A DNA stretch of 62,743 nt, counting the filler, from Porpidia crustulata (Eukaryota), in NCBI GenBank assembly GCA_964255105.1. It is 6 parts of 6 records of this genome, joined end to end, with 100 filler letters (N's around TTAATTAATTAA, not from the genome) between each part and the next. Parts side by side here need not be neighbours in the genome. Positions count along the whole stretch, not along the records: positions 20,970 to 31,346 come from CAXUWE010000782.1; positions 31,447 to 41,815 come from CAXUWE010000783.1; 4 more parts are not named here. One strand, given 5' to 3'. The notes under the pieces were generated by a model. That model made no database searches, was not told the origin of the DNA, and saw only the letters and a list, made by a program, of their open reading frames with translations. Shown piece by piece: positions 25,600 to 38,309 of this stretch (its first letter is position 1; the number at the start of each line of letters is the position of its first letter). A program made the translations under genes and the position numbers.

Positions 25600-26489
25600 A
25601 TGGCAGACTCTGAGACAGCTCCCAATTTTGCGCCATTCTTCAGCATGGTACCTCCATCATCAAACAGTCCTCTACATGAATATTTACTAACTCTTCACCC
25701 AGGGTGGGATTGCTTTCGCTGTGGGTCCATGGTTATAACATCTCTCTCTAAAACCCCACTAACTCCTTGCAGATGATATTTGGTTGTGAGTAGCAACTCG
25801 AAAGGTCATTTGCTCAAGCACAGCCTAATGTCAACATACTCAGGCGCTGGCGCAGCCTATGGCACTGCCAAATCAGGCATAGGAATTGCGGGCGTGGGAA
25901 CCTTCAGGCCAGATCTGATAATGAAGGTACGGGATTGAAGCAAGATATCTATATGAACGGAGGCTAATGGTTGGTCACGAAGTCGCTGATTCCAGTGGTT
26001 ATGGCTGGAATTATTGCTGTATACTCCCTCGTGATAGCGGTCCTGATAGCTGGGGACATGGAGCCACCGCCGACGAAGCATACAAGCCTATTTGAGTGCG
26101 GCATACTTACCGTGATCTGCGATTGGGACGAGCTTTGCTGATGCAATTTACGGTAGTGGGTTTATGCATCTAGCAGCTGGATTATCGGTCGGTCTGACTG
26201 GACTCGCCGCGGGTTACGCCATCGGCGTAGTAGGCGATGCTGTAAGTTTCCTGTCTGTTGTAGGGTCTACCGAGAAGATTTACGATGGTGCTGACCAGAT
26301 CTAGGGAGTTCGGTCATACATGCTGCAGTCAAGAATATTCGTTGGGATGGTACTGATCCTGATTTTTGGAGAGGTCCTGGGACTTTACGGGCAAGTCATG
26401 ATATCTATCCAAACTGTCCCTGCGAAACTAATTCACTAATTAATGGTAGTCTCATCGTGGCCCTCATCCTTAATACAAACACCAATTAA
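25600..26489 (+). CDS. VMA11: V-ATPase proteolipid subunit c' (8 exons, missed by the ORF track)
   Basis: Spliced product [76 protein letters not shown]...[69 protein letters not shown], with the essential Glu in IFGEVLG. Confidence 0.93.
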
Positions 26490-27350
26490 GATAAATGTTT
26501 TCTTTCTGTCATCATAATTCTGTTGGGGGGTTGCATGGTGGTCTATCTGGCATTTGAGCATGAAGCAGCATCTATTTCGGAGATTGGCCTCGTAATTGAG
26601 TTGACACATGCCGGTCTCGCCGGCCTGCGCCGCTTATCTTCGATTATCCCCGATGGACATTGTGATGAATATTATACTACGGTGCCCGTTGACAACTCAA
26701 AAAAGACATGAGTAAGTGATTTTCGAAGTATGAAACGGTGAAGTATCATGACATTCATCAAAATGCATCTCTAAATGCCTTGTGATTTAGAGGGATAAAC
26801 TATACAGGGTTGAGCTGCAAGGAACGAACTGCTACTGCGTCTTGGCAGCATGCAGATTGCAGAGCTTCAAAAAATCTTATTCAATTTGTTCCATTCAATC
26901 GGTGGATGAATGGCTGTTATTGGCCGGAGTAAGCAAAAAACAATTGAATTAAATCCCGCATTTTCCGGGGAATAATCGCACCAAAGATTCGTCATTATTG
27001 GCTACTGTACCTTATTCTTTGCCGTGAGATGCGTGGAGTACTTTGGTAGTAGTGTGGCACTGCGAGCTGCGAGCGTGAGTTGGCTGGATCACCCCTCAAC
27101 CCCCCCATCGTTCATGCGCGGCTCTGGAATTCTGGAACTGGTCTTGGTCCCATGGTCCCCTCGGCCCTTTCTATCTTCTAGTGAATTTCTTCCCACATTG
27201 TCGTCACTCCAACACACAAACACACAAATACACTCAAACATTTCCGTCGTAGTCACATGCACCAATTCACGACTCGCTCATTGAGCGCCTCCAATTGTTT
27301 AAGGCTTTATAAGGACCGCCGAGAAGAGGCATGAATTTCAGAACGCAAAC

Positions 27351-28875
27351 ATGGCAGCAGCCGCGATAAAGAATCTCGCTCACGGCCACGGTCCAAAACT
27401 CCTCCGCAGCAATAGCAAGTTTGGTCAGCCCAAGCCAATCGACCCAGAAGAGCAGGAGAAGGAGAAGAATTTTATAGAACGCTTCACGGAAAATCCAAGG
27501 CCTCTGTCCCCACATCAGATTTCTCAAGATCCCAGGAATAAGGAGCTGGGTTGCGCCTCGCGGCAGCTGAGAGTACAAGACTTCAAACTGTTGAAGACAA
27601 TTGGCACTGGTTGGGCTGTCTACAGCCGCTAAGCATGACAAAGACTGAATCGTGGACCCGCAGGTACCTTCGCTCGAGTATGGCTGACGTGCTTGGCCGG
27701 CTCCTCAAAAGAGGGCCGTGACAAGGTATTTGCCTTGAAGATACTTCGAAAAGTAGACAGTGAGTCCCTTCCTAAGATCTACAGACCTATCACCAATAGA
27801 GCCTAACCCAAAGATCATATAGTTATTCGGTTGAAGCAGGTAGAGCACATTCGAAATGAAAGGAATACTCTAGCTGCCGTCGCTGGCCACCCCTTTATCA
27901 CTACCATGATCACCAGCTTCTCGGACCGAGACTCTTTGTATATGCTAGTTCGCGAGCCTGAAGTGAAACGTTTTCACTATGTTTGCTAACCAGCTGCAGC
28001 TCGATTATTGCCCTGGTGGCGAGGTCTTCACATATTTACGGAGAGCAAAGAAATTCGATGAGGATACCTCTCGGTTTTACGCTGCTGAAATAGTACTCAT
28101 CCTTGACTTCTTACATAATGTCAAAGGCATTGCCTATCGGGACTTGAAGCCGGAAAATATACTCATTGACGCCGAGGGACATCTCAAGCTCGTCGATTTT
28201 GGGTTCGCAAAAAATATAGGGAACAGTCAGTTCTGGCCCTTTCCTACCCCTAAATCTCGCGCTGATAGGTATTCAAGGGGAAACGTACACATTATGCGGT
28301 ACGCCAGAGTATCTAGCCCCAGAAGTAATCAGGAATTCAGGTAGGCTCTGGGCAGCCATTCGGAACAGTCCTCTTTTGACGCCCTTATTCCCAGGGCATG
28401 GTACCGCAGTGGATTGGTGGGCCTTTGGTATATTGGTATACGAATTCCTCGTTGGACAGCCGCCATTCTGGAATCAGAATCCTATGAAAATCTACGAGTT
28501 GTACGAAGACCAACCCGCAACCCTTCCGGACGAAGACACTAACATCCTAATAGAATCGTGGAGGGTAAGGTCCGCTATCCCCAAGGTATATCGCCAGAAG
28601 CCAAGAATCTAATTGGCGGACTGTGTACGGTGAACCCATCGAACCGGCTTGGTAATATATCTGGCGGCATTGAGCGCGTTAAATCCCATCCCTTTTTCAA
28701 GGGCATTGACTGGGAAGCACTATATTATCGGCAAATAAAAGGTCCCATCATTCCTGAAATACGACACCCTGCAGACGCCAGCAACTTTGACAACTATGAT
28801 CCCGCCCCAGACAGCAAGAGCGTGTACACTTCTGAAATGGCATCCAAATATGACAAAGAGTTCAAGGACTTTTGA
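27351..28875 (+). CDS. cAMP-dependent protein kinase catalytic subunit, secondary (PkaB/PRKX-like) type
   Basis: [76 protein letters not shown]-type C-terminus [15 protein letters not shown]. Confidence 0.92.
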
Positions 28876-29468
28876 GTGAATACAGGCGACCCGACGTTTC
28901 AATTGCACATACGACACGGCTAGACGACGCTGGGCTAGATGGGCGTTGGTGGAGCGAGTGCGCCATATGATTCCCACCTTGATTTTCTGTTGGCGCAAGA
29001 AACAGTCTGCAAATATCACGAATACGAGTGTACTTTCATATGTTGCTTCTTTTGTTTCAAGGACTCCAGTAGAATAATAGCGATAATGTTACATGCGCAA
29101 AGGATCCGTTCAGCCTTTCTCTTACCACATAACACCCCGAGGGTTTGACTATGATAAAATAGTATTATCCCAAGATGAAAATTATCTCCGTATTTGGTGA
29201 AGAGTGTTGAGGTCTGGTGTAGTTGATACATCGAGTATCTGAATGAACATACCTTGTGTGCTTGTCTCTTATAGCAAATGTTTGCGGCTCTGGCACCCGC
29301 GCTAACCCGAGGCCGGTCGGAGTAAAGCCTAGCGCTGTATTCCAGAGTAGCCCGACAGACCCTCGAACCCTCCTGTCACAATGTGCGCCGCGACAACTTT
29401 GGAACATTCAGACCCTCAATGAATCCAAGTCTACTCCATCACGATCAGAGATCACAGGTTTTTACGAG

Positions 29469-31346
29469 ATGTCGGATTACGACAAGCTTACCGTCGTCAA
29501 ACTTCGAGATGAACTTGTGAAGCGCGGGCTCCCAAAGAGCGGTCTCAAAGCGGTACTGGTGAATCGATTGATCGAGGCCGATGCCAGTTCAGAAAGTGCA
29601 CCGGTGGCTCCGCATGGGCAAGGCGCAAATGAGAGCGCGCAAAGCGACAATAAGGACACGATAGCAACGCGCTCTCCGCCTGAGGCGCAAGGCCAGACTA
29701 ATGTTGAAGGAGATGTATCCATTGTCAATGACGCGCCACCAGTTCCAATCGCAGAGGTGGACCGCATCGTGAATCATGCCGTCAGCAATGGCGCTGTGGA
29801 GACTACTATTGAGCCAGAGCAAATCGTTCAGCAGGAATTGAAGACAGTGGATATAATGGCGCAAGACAATGACTCAGCTTCGCAGGTTCCGAACAAGCAG
29901 GAGGTAGAAAATAATACAGTCTCATATCTACCGGTGGAAATACCCTTAGAGGTGCCTCGACCTACCAAAGACCTTGCTTCTCAAATGGAGGGTGTTGAGC
30001 AGCAAAATAATGGCTCATCATTGCATCAGGCGAGTCTTGAAGTATCGAACAATGCGGCCGAACCTCCCCAGGCAGTCTCGGTCGTATTTACTCAAGGCTC
30101 TTTGAGTAGGCAAGAATTGCTAGAAGACACAAACAAAAGGAAGCGGAGGAGCCAGAGCCCTCCACCTTCGTCTGTCGAAACTTCACAAAAGAGGGCCAAG
30201 GCAGATGACGGCAGACCTCATGTAAAATTGCCAGAAGACGCCGAAACAAGCAATACATCGTTTGGCAATGTCAGTCAGTCTGGTGGGAACGACGATATCG
30301 CAGGTGTACCTACCACACCAGTAATCGAAGATACGGCGGTGAATGGCCACGCTCCTTTGGATGCGATCAACACAAAGAAAGAAGAGAATCTAACGGCTGA
30401 TGGAGTCCAAACCGAGCCTAAGTTCGATCAGAAAGAGACGCCATCGCTACTAGCTGTGACCGAGTCGCCAACAAAACCTTCACCATCAGATACAAGGTTC
30501 AAGAATCTGTTCACCGCACCATCTAAGCGTGAAGGGTCACCTTTACGTCACGCGCCTGACTTAGATAATGACGATCGGGCTATCACGCCTGCCATACATC
30601 CAGCAACGTCTGCGTTGTACATTCGAGATCTGCTGCGGCCTCTTCAACCCGGTAATCTCAAAGACCATTTGATCGCTCTCGCAACGCCCCCTGGCTCTGA
30701 TCCGGATTCAAAGATTATAACAGAATTTCATCTTGACTCCATCCGAACGCACTGTCTCATTGGCTTCGCCAATACCTCCGCCGCTGCAAGAGTCAGATCG
30801 AGCTTACACGATCGGGTATGGCCAGACGAACGGACGAGGAAACCGTTGTGGGTAGATTTCATTCCTGAAGAAAAGCTTAAGAAATGGATCGAAGTCGAAT
30901 CCGATACATCGGCCAGGAAGAGTCAAGCTGCCAAGCGGTGGGAAGTGGTCTATGAAGAGGAGACAGATGGATTGAAGGCATATCTGCAAGAGGCTGGATC
31001 TAATAGTAACGCCCCACGACCAGGGCCACCACTGCCGTCCAGAACAGAAGCTGGAAAAGGGGTGCAAGGAGCACCGTCAGGTCCTCGGATCCGTGACGTT
31101 GAGCCACGTAGCTCGCAGCAGGGCGCAGTGCCGAGACTGGACAGTGGAAAGGGGTTTCAAGCATTAGATGACCTGTTCAAGTCTACTGCTGCGAAGCCCA
31201 AGCTATACTACCTTCCAGTGAAAACAAGTCTCGCGGATAGAAGATTAGATATGCTAGCAGCTGGCCGTGGAGGCGGCAGAAGTGATGAGATGCGAAGATT
31301 CACTTTTGAGGAAAACACTATTGTGGACCGAGGGCCTGAATTTGGA
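29469..31346 (+). CDS. SAP-domain protein, Acinus-like (SAP, RRM-like, RSB motif); 3' end cut by contig end
   Basis: SAP MSDYDKLTVVKLRDELVKRGLPKSGLKAVLVNRL; Acinus-type RRM ALYIRDLLRPL..FHLDSIRTHCLI..LHDRVWP; RSB-like LDDLFKSTAAKPKLYYLP. Confidence 0.85.
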
Positions 31347-31446
31347 NNNNNNNNNNNNNNNNNNNNNNNNNNNNNNNNNNNNNNNNNNNNTTAATTAATT
31401 AANNNNNNNNNNNNNNNNNNNNNNNNNNNNNNNNNNNNNNNNNNNN
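31347..31446. other. Artificial contig spacer
   Basis: N44-TTAATTAATTAA-N44. Confidence 0.98.
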
Positions 31447-31498
31447 TTTCATAAGCCTAGCTTGCATAAGGACAATAAACCTGACATAACAAACAAAA

Positions 31499-31723
31499 AC
31501 GGATGTAACCAGCGTCTCACCTTTCTTCGCAAACTACGGGTTCGAACCAGAAACTCTAAAGGAACCGCGAAGTTTTGCCCAATTGGCACAAAAAGCAACA
31601 GTACAGGTTGGACAGATACATTTGTTGCAACAAGAACTACAAAAAGACATACAATTCTTAATTAAGCGCTCTGCACTGTATGCAAATAAAAGAAGAGATA
31701 GGGAACCTACTCTTAAAGAGGGG
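31499..31723 (+). mobile_element. Ty3/Gypsy LTR-retrotransposon integrase C-terminal fragment
   Basis: Reads TDVTSVSPFFANYGFEPETLKEP...LQQELQKDIQFLIKRSALYANKRRDREPTLKEG. SPFFANYGFEP and YANKRR..PTLKEG are typical of fungal Gypsy integrase tails. Confidence 0.75.
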
Positions 31724-32094
31724 TCGGGCCTAACTTCCGACCCTCCTAAATAGACCACCCACCACCCCTTTGCTTCCTTTCTTCTTTAGCTTTTAGATCT
31801 TTGTTTATTAGCCCCATATCTAGCTAATTCCATCAGCCTATGGCATTATCAATAGGGCCGGGCCACCTCATGTGCACCCTTAACATTTTTTTTTTTAACT
31901 TTTAAATTTTTGTTTATTAAATCTTTTAGTTAAATAATCTTATAAATCTTTGACATTATTATAGAACTGAGTCATTTCAAATGCATTTTTAACAAATTCG
32001 AAGAAGTTTAGAATAAAGCGTTAATTCGAAAAATCTTAACGAATCGATTAACTCGAAGAAACTTAATCGGATTTGACATCGTCTGAGAACTGAG

Positions 32095-33520
32095 GCAAGA
32101 TATTCAGGACCTCAACGACTTCTATTGAACATGCCACACCCCTCAGCTCTCAACGCACCGGAACTACTCACCGCAGACCTTCAAAAACAGGTCCTCCATG
32201 ATCGTCTCACCAAGATCAACGGTCCCCCCGAACCCCTATTCATTTCATCCCCCCTAGGACTCGTCCAAAAACATGACGGTGGATGGAGAAGAATACATGA
32301 TCTATCTTATCCTCATGGCCGATCAGTCAATAACGGGATACCGCAAGAGCATGAGGCACTGGAACACGTCACATTCGACGACGGGATAGCTGCCCAACTT
32401 ACTCAGGGCCCTGAAGCAATCCTGGTTAGAAGAGACCTCTCAGACGCTTTCCGCCATGTGCCGGTAGCCACATCGGATTTCTGGCTCTTAGGCTTCTTCT
32501 GCAACGACAGCTACTGAATCGATAGGTTCCTCCCATTCGACCTGCGCACCGCACCGTACATATTCGACCCATTCGCTAAGGGACTTCATTGGATCTTGGC
32601 TGCCCTACTAGACTGATACATCATCCTTTATTACCTAGATAGCTTCTTCGCTATCCTCTCACCGTATACCGACGTAGAGCTTTACTGCCGGCAGTTCAAC
32701 AAGGTATGTAGTCAATTAGGCGTTACTGTTAATCATAAGAAGGATATCCAAGCTACGACAGCTGAGCTTTTGGGAATTGAACTGGACAGCATCAAGATGC
32801 AGGCTAAACTCCTACCGGATAAACTTGAACGCGGGAGAGAAGCAGTCAAAACACTACTAAGCAAGCCTGTTTTCTCCTACCGGGAATTCGAATCCCTGGT
32901 CGGCTTCCTATTATTTGCTGCAAAAGTCATCACCCCAGGAAGAACCTTCCTGCGGCGTCAGAACAAGCTGATCCGCATAAACCGACATATCAGGGCGGAC
33001 CTCACATGGTGGCAAGCCTTCCTACAGGACTGGAACGGTATTAGACTCCTACGTCTCACCAAAGCTAAGGAAGCTCTGCATATCTGGACCGACGCCTCCG
33101 GTAAATATGATATAGGCGGGTTTTTACTCAAAGACCCGACCCAATTAAGGAACGTGCGGCACGTCTTCAGCTCGCGATTCCCATCAAGGCTGATAAGAAT
33201 GGATATCTAATACAAAGAAATAAGAGTAATACTCCAAGTCATTTATACATGGCTTCGCTACCTCCCGGGTAGACACCTAACTATTCACTGCGATAATGAC
33301 GCCATCGTTCAGGGGATCCGCAGATCCACCATAAGAGGACCGGCAATATACCCACTGCGGTCAATTGTTTTACTGCTCGCGCGTTATGACATCGCGACTA
33401 AGATTGAATGGATACCGACAGCGCAATTCTACCTGGCGGACGATTTATCTCGTTTCAAATTCATCAAGATCGCTAATGAATTGCCGCAGTTAGCTCATCT
33501 ACTGAGGGAGTCGGTAAACT
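32095..33520 (+). pseudogene. Reverse transcriptase-RNase H of the YR retroelement
   Basis: ISSPLGLVQKHDGGWRRIHDLSYPHGRSVNNGI; RDLSDAFRHVPV; LPFDLRTAPYIF; YLDS replacing YLDD at 32632-32643; LGIELDS. RNase H IWTDASG, HCDNDAIV, LADDLSR. In-frame stops at 32515, 32614 and 33208. Confidence 0.88.
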
Positions 33521-33528
33521 AGAACCGG

Positions 33529-34597
33529 ATGTATCCTGATATACAAATATCGCCCTCAGCCGACATGCAGCCAGGTTTCTATGGTGGGGACTCTCAGCAA
33601 GGATACGTGCTTCTTATAGCACAGCAACAAGCTCATATATGCTCCACTACGCCATAAACCGCATTCAACCTCCATTCCCAGTTACAATTCAGTCCCTGAC
33701 TAGCTGGGTAGCTGAGCTTGGTATCAAAAAGCTACTCGCAAGCTACTCGCAAAGACGATCAAGGCATATCTTTCGGGCGTCAGATCCGCACAGGTAGATA
33801 TGGGGTTCGCAGACCTCGAGATCTTCCATCATCCCCTACTAGAACGCATTCTAGCCGGGATACGCAGACTCCGCGGCGAGGCTGACACCAAAGAACGACG
33901 CCCTATCACCCGCGACGTCCTCCTGAAGGTGCTGACCCGGTTTAATACTACAACCCGCTATGGGATAATGCTACACGCCGTATTCTGCCTAGCATTTGCA
34001 GGTTTTTTACGAATAGGCGAATTCACCTGGTCCCAAGAAGACTACGCACAATCAGATTTTGTCAACTGGTTCCTAACAAGACGTTCAGTGGAGCTTCACG
34101 AGGACTATGCATTCCTTAAGCTATCAGCATCCAAAACAGACCCTTTTAGAAGGGGCGTAACCCTCACAGTTGCAGCTACCGGCGATCAAGCCTGCGCAGT
34201 CAGCTCCCTGCGGCGACTACTCAGCCAATATCCCGCACCTCCTACAGCACCTCTATTTCACACCGCCAGCGGTATCACTTTTACGAGACGCCTCGTGACC
34301 GACGTCCTCCGTCAGAGCCTAACCAGCCTTGGGCATACAGGCCACTACTCAGGTCATTCCTTCAGAAGGGGCGCAGCGACCTCCGCGCGGAACGCTGGCC
34401 TAACCGACGAAGAGATCATGATATTAGGGCGATGGAAATCTGACAGTTACCGACTGTACATCGACATCGACCCCAACCGCATCCTCAACGCCTCACTACG
34501 TCACCAATCATCCAGATTATTAGTGAGGCAGATCCCTTACGGTACCCGCCGCGGTGCCTGCGGCACCGCATCTCTCTTGGGGTGGTGGAGTTCTTAG
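33529..34597 (+). pseudogene. Tyrosine recombinase of the YR retroelement; N-terminal frameshift, catalytic domain open
   Basis: LAFAGFLRIGEF; SKTDPFRRG; HSFRRGAAT; LGRWKSDSYRLY (R-K-H-R-W-Y set present). An 11-bp tandem duplication AAGCTACTCGC at 33729-33750 shifts the frame between ..WVAELGIKKLLA and KTIKAYLSGVRS. Confidence 0.88.
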
Positions 34598-37352
34598 TAG
34601 CTAGGGGCCAAGCATTGCAGGCAGACAACCGCAGTTGCTGCTTAGTGCTTATGGCCCCCTAGTGCTAGACTAGGGAAACCACTAGGAAACAAGTTTCAAA
34701 AGCATTGTTCGCATTTTTGGAGTTTTCAGGCCTTGGTGCAGTTCAGTAGAACATCAGTTGAAAGCGAAAAGCTGACACTAACGGCCAGTCAACGGTAGGA
34801 AGCACTGTGAACTCACCAACACCAACGAATTTCATACTGTGGTAAGCGTGAATATGGGATTACGCCCCCACATATTGTTTCATGACATAGTGTGATATCG
34901 AGACACGACCCGCTCTGAGCCAATAGTCCCAGCGGACCCCCGGGCGTGGCGGACTGAATATACGATCCGACATATTTATCGCACGGCTAAGTACGCGCGC
35001 AACATTCTTCTATTTACCAATGTCTTCTACCAGTATGAATGGCGCAATAAGCCGGTGCACATACAGGCAGCTAATCTGAAGTTCCCATTTTAAGACAATA
35101 GCTGACTCTTCGAAGTCCACCATCGTCTATAACTTCAGATTCTGTACAGCTTAGTAATTTCTTCGATAATGCATCTTCTTACACGAACATCCATCATCCT
35201 CAGCAGTATTCTTTTATCCCCCTCCAATACCGTTGTCGTCGCTTCAGACTTGGTATTAACTAAACGCCCATCCATCCTTTACAATCTAGACACCTTATCC
35301 GTCTGTCTAGGCTGCTACCCAGGGCCTCTTCAACGTGTCAGTTCTTGATCTTGCACCGCACCAACAAACCGCCGAAACACAATACTCTGATCCAACGAAC
35401 GGTAGCACCATCGTCAGATTCATGATCGGCGACATAAATTACCAGTATGGTTTTCTGGAGAGTCTGGTAACCGAAGCGCTCCACCATCACATGCCTCCAA
35501 AGCTGTTTCCGAATACCAATGCCATCCTATTCGCCTTCAGCCAGAGGACAAGATTTTATGAGATCGTATTGGGGGGTTCGATTGACTATGATGCGGATGG
35601 TCCACCACAGAGATTACAGGAAGCGCAGGCATCTGTGCTATCTGTTCCTCTAACGATTTCCTCTAGGGATAAGATCCGACGACGGACCTATTCCATCCAC
35701 AAGAAAGAGGTGAAAGCCTTGCCTTCCCGCAACGACGGGACATCGGCAAAAGTTCTTAACCCTCTATAGGCGCTATAGTCGCTCATGAGCCGGATAAGTC
35801 AAAAGATTTTATGTCCTGCCTTACGGGCTTCCTGGGCGCCCATGAGCAAGTCGCTTGTGTCATGGGTCAGCACAAAGCACCCTCGGAATCGTTCCGAGCC
35901 GCGAGAAGCAGGCGATCTAGGATGTTTGGTCGCTGCTCGCTGATTCAGCCGGACCCATATTGTGTCGTGGAGGCTACTCGATGAGTACTGCGATCATCCT
36001 CTATACCTTTCACGACACCAGTAGCCACTCAGCCCTTAGCGGTTTTAAATTCGACCCATATCGAGCGCAAGCTCCAATTTGCTGCAGTACGGTCCCCGAA
36101 GCTGCCTCCGTTGCGAATGTTATGAGGATCAGGGACTGAAGGGCAGGCGCTGCTTGATTGAAGGGTTTGGCTCGCTAATTAGACTGATGTTAGAGTGTAG
36201 CTGGTTGTGACGTATGGGAGCTACAGCGAAACGGCGAGCTACTTGAATGGCGCAGCCGATGCGTACCATGTGTTAGAAAGTCTCGATAATTATAGACGGG
36301 AAATTGTTCCAAACGGCCCCTTGTTATGGTTCCTGAATTATGTGATTTCGTGTTGGAATACTGCTTCGGAGCCCCGACCACGATCTGTATCAGAATTCTG
36401 CTTTGACCATGAGATCTCTAGTGACCTCGGTGGATCGAACATATGTCTACCTCTTATACTGCAAGGTCCAAGCTTGTTTCGGTGGTTATGAGCACCATTC
36501 TGGTACAATTGCATCAATATCACTACCATAGCCACAATATATTGCTATACTTAGGGATGTATTATATTTATGTTTCATTGTGTGTCCGACGTCAATCATT
36601 TCTTGAAGTATTTTTCTACCTGCATATCAACAGAAAACCCACGAAATAACCTCATCAAAGTGAATGGAGTATGACTTCGATGATTCCTCAAAAATTACTA
36701 CTTTGTGGAGTGGATCGAAGGCTGTCTGGGAGCGAGAATTATCCAGTACTGTTGCGATGTGTGCCCTCCGAAATCAGCTGTGCAACCAATTGTGGTACCA
36801 GCGAAGAATGTCTCATGGAGCGCACGCTTCCTGTAAGATACGATGCCCGATCTGCATATCGAAGCGACTTCTAATGTGCTGAAAGTATCACATACTTTTG
36901 CTTTTTGACACATGATTATTGAGCTACTTCACCAGCGTTTCTACACTGGTAGCGGATCAAGTACACGCTTTTGGCTTCAAAATCAGGATCCCTCTCGGAA
37001 GACTTCATTTACCTGATCCACTAAGCTGTTGTACCTACTCACATTATGGAATAAATTGGTATGTCGATTATGCACATGATTTACCTACTCGATCCCGCTC
37101 TTGATATTTCCGTACGCGTAGACGCAAAGTCTAGCGACCGTAATTTCCGTTAGACATCTATTTTTCCAGAGCGTCTAGAGACTGAATGTAGGACGTACTC
37201 GTTCTCGAGATACAAAATAAAAGCATAATATAACATACTCATAAAGTATTTCTAATGTGTCGTGAGATTGAAGAGACGAACTTCCGCAGAACATCGGCGG
37301 AAAAATCGATAACAACATTCTGATCTTCTCTCTTACCGAGCGACGTAAATCA

Positions 37353-38309
37353 ATGTTCAGCGAGTCTTCTCAGCCTCGAACTTATGATCGATATCATCAT
37401 AGCTCGAACATCATCAGAAGCTGAAATGAATGTCATGCTGACTTGCAAAATTGTTCCGTAGGCATACAAAGCATAGCTGACAATTGCATTATCGATCTGC
37501 AAGAATCATGATAGAAATCTATCACGCGGACACGGAAGGATGATAGAGTAGTTATTGAGGGCAGTGAAGGCAGGAACCCAGTACCTCCTCGGTCTTGCAT
37601 CTCTCATATCAACGTTTACAGTGTGGATCTCGAATAGAATAGAGCGGCAGAGTACGTTCAGGAGTGTAACTAGTGGGCTAATCCCAACCCACAATACCAC
37701 GTTGGCTTTGACGGGACATGCAAATACTGCAATCCCATATCTAGTGATCTGGTAGACTTCATACCAGACCCCAACTCCGACTCCGACTGTGATGAGGCTC
37801 GCGGCACATACTTGCAACTTGCTATTTTGCCACCACAGACGAGGCCTCCGGGACTTAGCCATCAAGTCTTTCAATATCGATAGAGCTGTTTGAATACGAG
37901 CACGACCTTCTCTTTGCTCTTCCAATAAGGTATCAGACAAGCGCTTAGATCGGTCTCCGAATCTCGAGTTGAAAGCCGTGGTAGAAGCTATGGACAAGGT
38001 GATGGCCAGAATGACAGATTCATCGGCTATAGATGTGACCTCGTTGATGCTATTCGACATCAGTCCGACAATGGTGGGGATGAACGCTGAGACGGAGCTC
38101 CCGGCAGACCAGCGTGCTGTGTACTCGCTAGGAATATTGTCCATGACGCAGCGGAGTAGGGTGTAGCATTGAGCTCGTTCGTTGGGCGTTTTGGTACGAC
38201 ATGCATCGACGATGGAATTTACCAGGGAATCTCGGCTATCAAATAGGTGGTAGCACAAACATGGGCTGACAAAGAGGAGAGCAAGACACAGGAGCAGAAC
38301 GTACATCTC
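37353..38309 (-). pseudogene. Fungal multi-TM protein of unknown function with signal peptide; premature stop
   Basis: MYVLLLCLALLFVSPCLC signal peptide and several hydrophobic helices. After the TGA at 37506-37508 the frame continues with hydrophobic FLQIDNAIVSYALYAYGTILQVSMTFISAS. Confidence 0.6.

Larger units (their letters stand above)
32095..34690 (+). mobile_element. Decayed tyrosine-recombinase retrotransposon (DIRS order, Ngaro-like), 5' truncated; boundaries approximate
   Basis: RT-RNase H followed immediately by a YR ORF. No methyltransferase or LTR-type integrase seen. GC-rich hairpins at the 3' end. Confidence 0.88.

Noticed and set aside
29256..29468. N-terminal extension of the SAP protein shown in the ORF track
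   Set aside because: It starts at a non-ATG codon; the SAP domain begins right at the ATG at 29469.
35170..36490. Possible secreted or amidase-like gene remnant
   Set aside because: Fragments lie in different frames and no catalytic signature was found; cannot be supported.
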